From positions 52,266,001 through 52,330,000 of the forward strand of contig OX597814.1 of NCBI GenBank assembly GCA_951406725.2: a stretch of DNA of 64,000 bases, in the 5' to 3' direction. Below, one piece after another: positions 1 through 10,619 of the stretch (position 1 is its first letter; each line of letters begins with the position of its first letter). A program made the translations under genes and the position numbers. The DNA is from Octopus vulgaris. Taxonomy: Eukaryota. The notes under the pieces were generated by a model. The model worked only from the letters and a program-made list of their open reading frames with translations. It did not search any database and was not told the origin of the DNA.

Positions 1-222
1 TTCAGCCATTCTCGTCACATGACCATACCAGCGCAAACGTCTCTCTTGCACACAACAACTGATGCTTCTTAGGTCCAACTTTTCTCTCAAGGTACTTACA
101 CTCTGTCGATTATGAACACTGACATTACACATCCATCGGAGCATACTAGCTTCATTTCTTGCGAGCTTACGCAAATCCTCAGCAGTCACAGCCCAAGTTT
201 CACTACCATGTAGCATGGCTGT
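1..222 (-). mobile_element. RTE-clade LINE fragment (C-terminal RT region), runs off the window edge
   Basis: Reverse complement translates to [32 protein letters not shown]...LREKLDLRSI...RRLRWYGHVTRM. The GSETW and RLRWYGHV motifs are typical of RTE LINE ORF ends. Confidence 0.85.
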
Positions 223-228
223 ATTATA

Positions 229-303
<75 letters not shown>

Positions 304-324
304 TTATCGCATTCTGACTTTGTT

Positions 325-355
<31 letters not shown>

Positions 356-417
356 CATATATATATATATATCATCATCATCATCATCATCATCATCATG
401 ATATATATATATATATG

Positions 418-463
<46 letters not shown>

Positions 464-475
464 AAAGTCAGAATG

Positions 476-521
<46 letters not shown>

Positions 522-554
522 CATATATATATATATATATACATATCATATATA
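223..554. repeat. Compound (TA)n/(CAT)n microsatellite containing a ~176-bp palindrome (305-480)
   Basis: Direct reading of the sequence. The YIYIYI ORFs here are artefacts. Confidence 0.95.
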
Positions 555-1842
555 TGGATGCTGGCTATATTCCTAAAAACTTTCTGTCCCAGTCTGTTGT
601 CCCAGTTTTCAAAAAGGGAAACAAGTCCCTTGCAGTGATTTCAGCAAGGCCTTCGACAGGGTTGATCACATGATCCTATTGAAAAAACTATCCAACATTG
701 GTGTCTCTGGAAAGTTACTGAAATGGATCAAGTGTTTCCTGACAGACAGATCTCAACATGGTGTAGTTGAAGGAGTAAAATCAAGCCCAGCCAAAGTCAG
801 TAGTGGCGTTCCACAAGGCACTGTGCTGAGCCCACTTCTTTTCATCATCTACATTAATGACATTAATGACATCATCAAGCACAGCAACATAAAAATCTTT
901 GCAGATGATTCCAAGCTCCAGAAGGTCATAAATGAGGCGAGTGACTGGACATGACTTCAGTCAGATCTACTGGCTGTTATCCAATGGGCAGAAAACATGC
1001 TGCTGAACGAGGATAAATTTGAGTTTATCCACTTTGGAAAAGAGGATGCCCTGAAACTCCCATACTCCCTTCCTTCAGGTGAAACTCTTGTGGCATCCAA
1101 CAACATCAGAGACTTGGGAGTAATTGTGGACAACAACATAAGCTGGGCCGCTCATATAAACACCAAAGTTGACATGGCCCGCAGAATGTGTTCCTGGATT
1201 CTCAGAACTTTCCAGTCAAGAGATATCCACACCATTATCCTTCTCTTCTCCACTTTTGCCTGACCCCACCTTGAATACTGTTGTCCACTGAGGTCTCCCC
1301 ACACAAAACAATGTATCATAAAAGTTGAAGCACCTCAAAGGGCAATCACAAAAAAGATAGATGGCATGACAGGCCTCGACTATTGGGGTCGACTAGAAAA
1401 GCTAAAACTTTATTCTCTCCAACGTCGTCGTGAGCGCTACATCATCTGCATGATAAGGAGAATATTCCATCAGCATTGCCCAAATGATGTTGGCATCACC
1501 TTTAAGGTACATCCAAGGCTTGGGCCCCGTGCCATCCGCCCACAACAAAAATCACACTCTCGTCTCAACAACAATAAGGCACAATTATTTCACCTCAATT
1601 GGCCCCGGTCTCTTTAACATTACACCAAAACACATTGAAACAGAAACAGACCCTATAGGGTTCAAGAGATCTTTGGACAGATTCCTTCAAGAAATCCCGG
1701 ATAAACCCCCTACACCCAGATATGTCTCTGTAAACAATAACTCTCTACTTGAGTGGGCCGTAGTGCCCAAATTCTAACTTGAAAGACTTCACCAGGTGGT
1801 GCTATTAAATTAGACATGGCCGAAACCTATCAAAGTATCAAA

Positions 1843-1844
<2 letters not shown>
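555..1844 (+). mobile_element. CR1/L2-like non-LTR retrotransposon, 3' part of RT ORF, decayed
   Basis: Peptides VVPVFKKG, DFSKAFDRVDH, GVPQGTVLSPLLFIIYIND, FADDSKL, RDLGV and LKLYSLQRRRER, with stops and frameshifts. Ends in a short (TATCAAAG)2 tail. Confidence 0.9.
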
Positions 1845-1917
<73 letters not shown>

Positions 1918-1919
1918 AT

Positions 1920-2012
<93 letters not shown>

Positions 2013-2149
2013 CATATCATATATATATATACATATCATATATATATTTATACATATCATATATATATACATATCATATATATATATATACATATCATAT
2101 ATATATATATATACATATCATATATATATATATGTATATACATATCATA

Positions 2150-2184
<35 letters not shown>
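1844..2184. repeat. (TA)n microsatellite with recurring ACATATCAT interruptions
   Basis: Direct reading of the sequence. Confidence 0.95.
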
Positions 2185-2194
2185 TGGTGACCCC
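2185..2194 (+). other. Primer-binding site complementary to the tRNA-Trp 3' end
   Basis: TGGTGACCCC is the reverse complement of the ...GGGGUCACCA end of eukaryotic tRNA-Trp and lies ~380 bp upstream of gag. Confidence 0.7.
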
Positions 2195-4760
2195 AAGTAG
2201 AAAAAAAAAAAAAAGAACAGAACACGCAGCGAACAGGTTTTGCCAGTTAGAGCACTGAACACTCAGTTTTCACTTTCATTTTTCTTTTCCTTTCAGAACG
2301 GCGAAGGTGCGTACAAACAAATGTTTTATTCATCGCACTCAGTACACTGAAAAAAAAAAAAAGAAACATACACACATTATTTTTTTTCTTTTCTGTACCT
2401 TTTGGTTTTCCTTTGTTCACACACACACTTATTCTTTACTACCCACGAAGTGCACACACACACCAGTACACAAAACACGATTTTTGATTTGCTTTGTCGG
2501 TTCCACGTGTTCTCCACTTCTCGTTCATACCTTCTGCCCCTTTCTGACAGGCGATTCTTCGGACAAACATGGCTGCATCAGGTTTGCCTTCATTCACAGG
2601 GGATGCGGGTCTGTGGCTTGCCCAGGTGGAGTCGCATTTTGCCAAACATGCCGTTCCTCCACAGCAGCAGTTGCATCTGCTATACTCGAGTTTGCCTTCC
2701 CGACTCACCACATCGGTCAGGGATCTCATAATGAGTCCCCACCCTGACGCCACATACGCGTCAGTAAAAGCCGAAAACCTCCGCCTCAACAGGCAGTCGG
2801 AGGAGAGTCAATTCAATGAGCTGATGGCCGACGAACAGTTGGGGGACAGGACTCCATCCCAGTTCCTGCGCCATCTAAGGGAGCTAAGCGGAAATGCAGC
2901 AGACGCTCCACTCTTACGGAAGATATTCTTCTCCAGGTTGCCTGCCCACATGCAGACAATGTTGGCCACGGCACTGGAGTCTGTGTCAGTAGACCAGATT
3001 GCCACGATGGCCGACAAAATATTAGAATTTTCGGGACCATCTCCATCGCGAGGCCTGTATGCATGTACAGAGCCCCCTCCGACACCTTCTCCGACGAAAA
3101 ATTCATTAGCCGAGAAAATCGATGCGCTTACGCAGTGAATCGATGATCTGTGCCGTGCGATTGGGCGCCGACCTCGCAGTCGTAGTCGCAGTGGCTCTGT
3201 TTCCCGTAGTCGGTGTGACTCTACTTCTCGTTCCGGCTGGTGCTGGTACCATTCAAAGTATGCCGAAAAGGCAGAACAGTGTACCCAGCCTGGCACTTTC
3301 CAGCCCTCGGGAAACTAAATCCGGAGGAGGTGAGCACGTCACCTTCTTCCTTCTCGTTTCCCAAAAATCGTGCGTTCTTTGTAAAAGATCTGGTGTCGAA
3401 GAAATTCTTCATGGTGGACACCGGCTCTTGTTGCAGCATCTGGCCCCTTCATCTGACTGCAGACAAGCCCAAGTGCTCTTCAATTGTCTTGCATGCCATT
3501 GACTCATCTCCCATAACCACCTTCGGTCAGATTTCGCTGCGCCTCGACATCAACCTTCGTTGAGATTTTCAATGGGTTTTCGTCATCGCTGACATCCCGC
3601 ATCCTATTCTCGGCGCTGATTTCTTGGATAGGTTTAATCTATTGGCGGATGTCAGGCGTCGGAGGCTTCTTGACAGCACAACGTCGCTCTCTACGCCGAC
3701 TGGGAGTTCCACCAATGCGGTCCTTAGCCCGACATTCTTTGTTGCCACCTCTGGAGACGCTTTTCACTCTCTTTTGGCTTCATTTCCGGACCTAGTGGAC
3801 ATTGCCTTCCAACCGGAAAAGCCTACCCACTCGACACTCCATTTTATCACCACCACTGGGCCGCCTGTATTTTCGCGCCTGCGGCGCCTTGCGCCTGACC
3901 GACTAAATACGGCTGGGGCCGAGTTTGAGCACATACTTCAACTTGGCCTTATACACCCCTCCACCAGCCCATGGGCGTCTCCCCTTCATTTGGCGCGAAA
4001 GGGCGAGTCTGATTTTCGCCTGGTAGGAGACTATCGACGCCTCAATGCCGTAACAATAGCCAACAGGTATCCAATTAGAAATCTACAGGACTTTATGGCA
4101 AATCTCCATGGTTGTACCATTTTTTCGAAGGTCGACCTTATACGCGCGTACCATCAAATACTGGTCAACCCAGCCGACGTTCCGAAAACTGCGATCACTA
4201 CCCCCTTTGGGTGTTTTGAGTTTTTGTATATGAGTTTCGGTTTGCGGAATGCTACCAGCACTTTCCAGCGTTTCATTGATGAGGTTGTCCGCGGTCTTGA
4301 TTTTGTGTTTGCCTATGTCGATGATATACTCATTGCGAGCGACACACGTGAAAATCATCTCCAGCACCTTTCTCAGCTTTTTCAGCGTCTTCGCGCTTAT
4401 AGTATGCGTATAAATCCCGACAAGTGTGTTTTCAGACGCTCTTCTCTAGATTTTCTAGGCCATCATATTGATTCGAGTGGAATCAGCCCCCTGTCGTCAA
4501 AGGTCAATGCCATTCAATGCATCGCACCCCCCACTTCCTTGCACCAGCTCAGGCATTATCTAGGGATGATCAATTTCTAAAGACGTTTTATTCCTGGTTG
4601 TGCAGATAAGCTACTTCCTCTCACCAGGCTATTAAAGGACACTCCTAGAAAGGACGGTCAAGTCACCCTCTCTGTTGAGGCACTGACAGCCTTTGAGTCC
4701 ATTAAGAAGGAGCTGGCTTCTTTTTCTTTGCTTGCACATCCGGTTCCTGGTGCTTTTTTT
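2185..4760 (+). mobile_element. Ty3/Gypsy LTR retrotransposon internal region (PBS, gag, protease, RT, start of RNase H region); 3'-truncated, no LTR visible
   Basis: PBS-like TGGTGACCCC at 2185. Gag from 2569 (LWLAQVESHF, LGDRTPSQFLRHL, WCWYH knuckle). Protease VDTGS and ILGADFL. RT SPWASPLH, GDYRRLNA, KTAITTPFG, YVDD. Several nonsense codons. Confidence 0.92.
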
Positions 4761-4764
4761 TGCA

Positions 4765-5894
4765 GTTGTCTGATAATACAGATATAAACTTACCCAAATG
4801 CATCAATTAATTAACATTTATATTTTTTTTTTCCCCATTGTTACAATCATCTGAAATGGAACTGTGAAAGTGCGATATTTGAGCAGTTTTGCCATTCAAC
4901 TTCAAAAAAAGATGTAAAGCAGCTAAAACTGTTCATGATATCAATGAAACATTTGGTGGGGAAATGACCAGTGAGAGGTCAGCTTGAAAATGGTTTAAAT
5001 GATTTTGCAGATTGTGAGCATTATGGACGCCCATCTGTCATCGATGACAGTCAAGTAGAGACTGTCATTGAGAAAGATCCATATAAAACCACTTGAGAAC
5101 TGGCAAAAGAACTTCAGAAAACTGCCTGCAACCATTTGCATGCAATCAGAAAATAAAAAAAGCTCGACAAATTTGAATGAAAATCAGAAAATGCTTATTG
5201 CTTCTTCTCCGCAACCAGACCAATCCATTTCTTGACCATATTGTAACTTGCAATGAAAAGTGGATTCTGTACAATAAAAAACGTTCTTTGCAATGGTTGG
5301 ATCCAAATGAAGCACCAAAAACCTTCCCTAAACCCAAGCTCTTCAAAAAGAAGGTTATGGTGACTGCTTGGTGGTGTACTTTTGGAATCATCCATTATAA
5401 CTTTTTAAAATCTGGAAAAAACATTACTGCAGAAACATATTGTCATGAAATTGCCAAAATGAAAGAAAAACCGCTATTCCTCTGTCCCAGACTGGTCAAC
5501 AGAAGAGGGCCAATCATTCTTCATAACAATGCTCGACCATAAATTTCACTAATGATGCTCCAAAAGTTGAAGGAACTTGGCTATGAATTTCTTCCCCACC
5601 CAGCTTATTCCCCAGACCTTTCTCCTACCGACTACCACTTTTTCAAGCACCTTGATGGTTTCCTGAAAGAGGAGTTCAAAAATCAAACTGATGCTGAAAC
5701 TGTGTTCAAAGAGTTCATCAGCTCTAGAACTCCAGATTTTTATGTTACCAGAATAAACAAACTTGTAACTCATTGGCACAAATGTGTTGATTGTAATGGT
5801 ACTTACTTTGATGAATAAAATTTCCACATTGCTGAAATATATTGTGATGAATTTCATGTTTCAAAACGTTGCTTACTTTTTACTCAGCATGATA
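4765..5894 (+). mobile_element. Mariner DNA transposon (Hsmar1/SETMAR-like), decayed transposase ~4856-5818
   Basis: Motifs IVTCNEKWILY, KKVMVTAWW, ILHNNARP, HPAYSPDLSPTDYHFF and WHKCVDCNGTYFDE*. Right TIR-like sequence at ~5863-5894. Confidence 0.9.
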
Positions 5895-6224
5895 ATACTC
5901 TCTGATTTTCTGTCTGAAGACTTTCTAACAGAAGATATCTTACATGTTTCTCTGTTAAATACAATTTTGTAACCCCTATTAGTAAATGAAACATGTGTAA
6001 TGGGGAATAAATAATACCAAAAATTTTTTCTTATCTCCTGTTTTGATATATGTATATGTTATATTATATACAGGGTATACTATATTATCATTAATTGATG
6101 GATGCAAAGAAATAAGAAACTTGAAGTAGTCAACTCCAAAATATAGTTGGGGTAGGTAGAGTGGGGAAGTAAATGTCAATAAGAACTAACTCAGTCTTGC
6201 CAAACAGATGCCAGGACCAAAAAG

Positions 6225-6242
6225 TGATGATGATGATGATGA

Positions 6243-6281
<39 letters not shown>

Positions 6282-6340
6282 TACACACACACACACACGT
6301 ATATATACATGTGTGTGTGTGTGTGTGTATATATATGATA
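6225..6340. repeat. (GAT)n-(TA)n-(CA)n-(TG)n compound microsatellite
   Basis: Direct reading of the sequence. Confidence 0.9.
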
Positions 6341-6780
6341 ATATGGCGTAAAAGAAAGAAAATGGTAAATCTAGTTGAGTTCCTCAGGAAGATAACATGG
6401 ATGCCGCTTGAGCTCAAAAGATTGGCTGTTATGAAAACCTCCTAGAGGAATGTGAAGACACAGGCTGGAAAGCAGAGCATTTTTCAATCAAAGTTGGATG
6501 TAGAGGGTTTGTTGGACACAGTGTGAAGTGACTATTGCCATCATTGACCTAATTCATCGTAAAGCAAATACCACTAGGAGTAATATCCAAACTACACTGG
6601 AAAAGGCAAATCACTGGATTTGGTTAGAAAGCAACAATGAGCAATGGTTAGAAGAATATTGAGTGAAACCTGATGACCAGTTGATCTAGCAAGCAGGGTC
6701 TCATTTCAGTGAGGGGTGCCCAATGATGCTGTCAAGAGATAGGTCCCGAAATGGCAGGCATTCTCTCCTAATGGCTCCAT
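6340..6780 (+). mobile_element. 3' fragment of an RLE-type (Hero/R2/NeSL-like) non-LTR retrotransposon
   Basis: Frameshifted translation ...VNLVE..P.EDNMDAA...YENLLEECEDTGWKAEHFSIKVGCRGFVG matches the restriction-like endonuclease tail pattern of Hero-type elements. Confidence 0.65.
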
Positions 6781-6878
6781 AAACTTGCTAGCATCTGGTA
6801 TGCAGAGCTTTCAACAGGTAACACTTGCATCTGCATGTTGTTTGCAAAAAAATATTAAAAAATATATATTCGACCCTG

Positions 6879-7163
6879 TGCTTGAGAAAACCTATTGAGT
6901 CAAGTACATCAACATCAAAAATCAATGGAAATTGTAGATGTGATCCCTGTGCCGGTGGCATGTCAAAAGCACCATCCGGACGTGGCCAATGCCAGCGCCG
7001 CCTTGACTGGCTTCCATGCTGGTGGCATTATGGAGGGCATCCAGCTGTAGAAACACTGCCAGATCAGACTGGAGCCTGGTGTAGCCTTCTGGTTTCCCAG
7101 ATCCCGGTTGAACCGTCCAACCCATGCTAGCATGGAAAACGGACATTAAACGATGATGATGAT
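6879..7163 (+). mobile_element. RTE LINE 3' UTR / RTE-tailed SINE
   Basis: Ends in AACCCATGCTAGCATGGAAAACGGACATTAAACGATGATGATGAT. The same tail recurs at ~12050, 12230, 26040, 35730 and 56150. Confidence 0.75.
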
Positions 7164-7428
7164 ATTCATGATCCGCATTATCATCACTTTTCTATGCTGG
7201 CATTAGTTGGGCAGAACTGAGCCAGTATCTCCACCTCCACTCCAAACTGAGTTGCAGGACTACATTTTGTTCATACTTTCTCTTTGCAACATAAGTTTCT
7301 GTGTCTGGATTTAACACCAACCACCTTACAAAAAATGTATTTGTGTGTGTGAGGGTGTAGTTGGTATAACAAACAGGAGAAAAACTATTCAATAATATAG
7401 TAGGGGGTAACATATTTTAGTTGATCCA

Positions 7429-7651
7429 GTAGCATCATATACTTGTATCGCACGTCCCCGATTCGCGCGCGCGAATCGGGGACGTGCGATACAAGTATAT
7501 ATCGTATATATACAAGTATATATCGTATATATCGATACAAGTATATATCGTATATATCGTGCATGCGCCAGTCAGCTCGTAGGATCGACTGCCTACGTCT
7601 GGCTAGCACGGACGCGCGTCTGCGCAAACCGGGTCCAGTCTACGATACTAG
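7429..7651. repeat. CpG-rich element with a perfect 64-bp palindrome (7437-7500), 3x ~21-25-bp tandem unit and degenerate ~14-bp inverted termini
   Basis: 7437-7468 is the exact reverse complement of 7469-7500. Start TAGCATCATATACT versus reverse-complemented end TAGTATCGTAGACT. Confidence 0.8.
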
Positions 7652-7892
7652 TACCTAAAAGATGTTTACATACAATATATATATATATATATAAAATTAA
7701 ATTTAGGGTAAAAATCGATATTTATCAATTAGAACCAGTGGTCTAGCATATTAAAGAAAGAATCCGAAGATTAAAATATTTTGTGTTTTGTGTTGAGTTT
7801 GATCTGAGAACATAGACTTTTTGTGGAGAATGGCGATTTGACGTCTATATCTAGCATGTTGACTGTCCACTTTTCGTGTTCAGTCCTTAATT

Positions 7893-7930
<38 letters not shown>

Positions 7931-7942
7931 TACATGTATATG

Positions 7943-8141
7943 GGATCTTTTCTAAAAGAAGGCCAGATTTTTCTAGTTAACTAAACAATTTGAAACTTCG
8001 TATACTGGAAACTTACAAAATAAAATTTTCTCAAAAAAACCAGTTGAAATTAACGTTTTCTTTTGACACATTCTACCAGTATACGAAGTTTCAAATTATT
8101 TAGTTAACTAGAAAAATCTGGCCTTCTTTTAGAAAAGATCC
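7943..8141. mobile_element. ~200-bp MITE-like element with 66-bp terminal inverted repeats
   Basis: Arms 7943-8008 and 8076-8141 are reverse complements with 1 mismatch, separated by a 67-bp spacer. Confidence 0.85.
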
Positions 8142-8147
8142 AATAAG

Positions 8148-8153
8148 GGAAGT
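8148..8153 (+). promoter_or_regulatory. GGAAGT ETS-like core near the probable TMCO6 transcription start
   Basis: Motif ends 21 bp before the ATG in a locally CpG-retaining region. A 6-mer match alone is weak evidence. Confidence 0.3.
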
Positions 8154-8174
8154 AAGCAGTCATAGAGCTAGCTC

Positions 8175-8274
8175 ATGTCGTCGCGAAAGGAGCGATTCAA
8201 AACCTTCTCTCGCCGTACTGGCACCTGCGGTGGGATTGATGAACTTCGTCATCGACGGAGAGAAGATGAAATCG
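8175..8274 (+). CDS. TMCO6: TMCO6-like importin-alpha-related ARM protein, exon 1 of 13 (IBB-like)
   Basis: MSSRKERFKTFSRRTGTCGGIDELRHRRREDEI; donor G|GTGAAT; phase 1 joins exon 2. Confidence 0.85.
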
Positions 8275-10111
8275 GTGAATATTGATACTGTTTTATTTTT
8301 CATATAGAATAGAATTAGTATTGTGTTCGTATCCAACGATAAATACACGTTATTAGTTGCAGCTGTCTAATTAACGATACGCCGCTATAGAACTCTCACT
8401 ACACCAACTTCAATTACATCATTATTTTCATTAAAATTCTGTCTCAGACTCCTTGTTTTGCGATTATTTTTGTTGATTAATCTACTTTTAACCTTAATCT
8501 TTGTATTATTTACTAATTTGTTATATTGTATCAGTAGCCACATTGTGTTAATCGGATCCTATTCAGATAAACTTTAGATTATTATAATATTTGTCATTTA
8601 AAACCGTTTTTGATATGGTTCTAGTAAACTATTCCTTTAGTAACTATATCGTTTTGGGTTTGAAGTAGTAATGTTTTCTGTACGTAGAAATGGAAATTGT
8701 CAACAATAAAGTAAGAGTTCTTTTCTCAGTGACAGGATACTTTCATTTGCCTGTGTTGACCATATTACCTCCGTGCTGCCATCTATTTACTGATTTTTAT
8801 AAACATCTTATTTTCCTCGCCTTTATCATTTTCCCTCAGATCCTACCTAATTCTTATACCAAAACATTAATTTCTTACAGCATTTCCACAATTTCTTCTA
8901 AATTTCGGTCTTCGCTGAATAATTTGCGCTTGACTCACTTGTTGCAATAATCAAGATTTACTTCAATATATTGCAATTGACTCGTCACTATGTTTTGTGT
9001 GGTGGTAAATCTTTGGCATTTTCTGTTCGCAGGCCGGTTTAAATTCTTGGATGGAATGCTTTATGCGTGTTGCTAATGTAATAGGAGAGACATATTTTTG
9101 TTACAATTTTCCTAGTTCCTAATCTTCAAGCTTCATACTTTTCTAAACAATTCGAATGAAGTTACTCTTCGTTGCGGTATCGGATTGAGTTCTACAGAAG
9201 GCTTTTTTCCCGTCACGCTGTCAATTATAATCATTACTGCCGCGAATATGTTACATGACTCGAGTTTTAACGGGTAAACAATTTATTCAATTTACCACTT
9301 GTTTACTGAATAAAATCGCACAGTACCTAATGCAAACTGTGTTTGTCAGTTAACATTTCTTAATTTTTAAGTGTGGTTGTATCTTGTAGTAAACACTTTT
9401 ATGTAAAGTTATAGTTTATTGTTGTTATTGTGTCTCTCGAGTTATCAAATATACCTATGAGCAAAAATATATTAGCATTGACTACCCCATCTTTTTTTTT
9501 TCAGGCCCGTTTAATGTCGTTTTTATTTTGAAGATGATAGGGTGTGATTTGAGGGAAATTTGGCTGCTATGTCTATTAATTCGAACGATTATATAGTTTT
9601 TTTTTCCTTTCACAACCTATAACTGTGATGATATTTAAATTTCTAGCATCATTATCGTCCTTATCGCTATCGCTTTTAACATGCGTTATATGTTTATTAT
9701 TTATTTGTTTTTTAATGCTGACTGGAGTTTGAAGAGTTCTGCGATAGTACTGTTCATGTGATTCTGTTCCGTATTATCCCATCTGCTATCTTAGATTTTG
9801 TTCTACGTGTCTGTAGATCCTGTTTATGCGTGAGCGTTCGAAAATTACTTTTGCATTAATTTGCTTCTTAATATATTAAAAGTGGTAAATCAGAGTTTTG
9901 GAAAAAAAAAATTAAAAATGAAGAGTAGTTTGCCATGTGGTATTTTTGTTGGAACCCTTTACATTCAGATTTCGAATCCTGAAGAGTTCAACCTTGTCTT
10001 TTATTCTTCCAGGGTTTATAAAATATTTGTTATTAGTATAATTGTGTATACCTGTACCGCAAATTTAAGCCTTGTCCCTTTATGGTATTCAGTTCCAGTT
10101 CTTTTTTTTTT

Positions 10112-10240
10112 CTTCCGAGTTCGAGTCCCACCAAGGTCACCTTTGCGCATTACATCCTTCCAGGGTCGATAGAATAAAGTACCAGTTAAGAACTGGGGTT
10201 GATGTTATCGACTCCAGTACTTGACAGGTGCTTTATTTCA
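10112..10240 (+). mobile_element. SINE fragment (same family as the 56.2-58.2 kb cluster)
   Basis: GTTCGAGTCCC B-box-like motif followed by the CATCCTTCCAGGGTCGAT...AGTACCAGTT...CTGGGGTTGATG core that recurs in the window. Confidence 0.6.
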
Positions 10241-10619
10241 CGTATCTGACCATAGTATCAATGTTAACCGATTTTAAGAAGTGTAGGGATATTTTTGTCT
10301 TGTTTTTCTTATTGATTCATAGAATAAATGCTGGTGGTACTCAATAAATAAATATATAATTACTTGAATTAAGAAGTGTGTTTATTACTAAATTGTCAGA
10401 TCCCTACTAGCATGGCATCAGCAGTGTGGTTGTTCAGTGGATGTAACTAACATATAGTAACTGATTTAAAAGGTGGGATGAAATCATCAATGGTCATAAT
10501 TGGTATTGATTGACTAAAAGTTATTGATGAAAGAGAGAAACTAAATTGGGACGATGATTGAGCAGATGCAAGCTTTGGATCCAGATATTAATTCAAGGTA
10601 CAATGCAAAAATGTTGCTA

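Noticed and set aside
215-673. ORFs rich in YIYIYI and poly-H/I/M
   Set aside because: Translations of (TA)n/(CAT)n microsatellites. The same applies to ORFs at 1816-2190, 33075-33336, 34170-34614, 35535-36009, 39757-40149 and 56053-56453.
2307-3296. Overlapping alternative-frame and antisense ORFs over gag
   Set aside because: Shadow ORFs of a GC-rich retrotransposon coding region with no independent motifs.
7490-7560. CRISPR-like appearance of repeated 21-25-mers
   Set aside because: Direct tandem copies without unique spacers, no cas genes, eukaryotic context.
7385-7658. Paired sense and antisense ORFs over the palindrome
   Set aside because: By-product of the palindrome and tandem repeat; no splice or domain support.
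7690-7892. Possible Penelope-like terminal fragment between (TA)n runs
   Set aside because: Only a vague resemblance, with no coding motif to support it.
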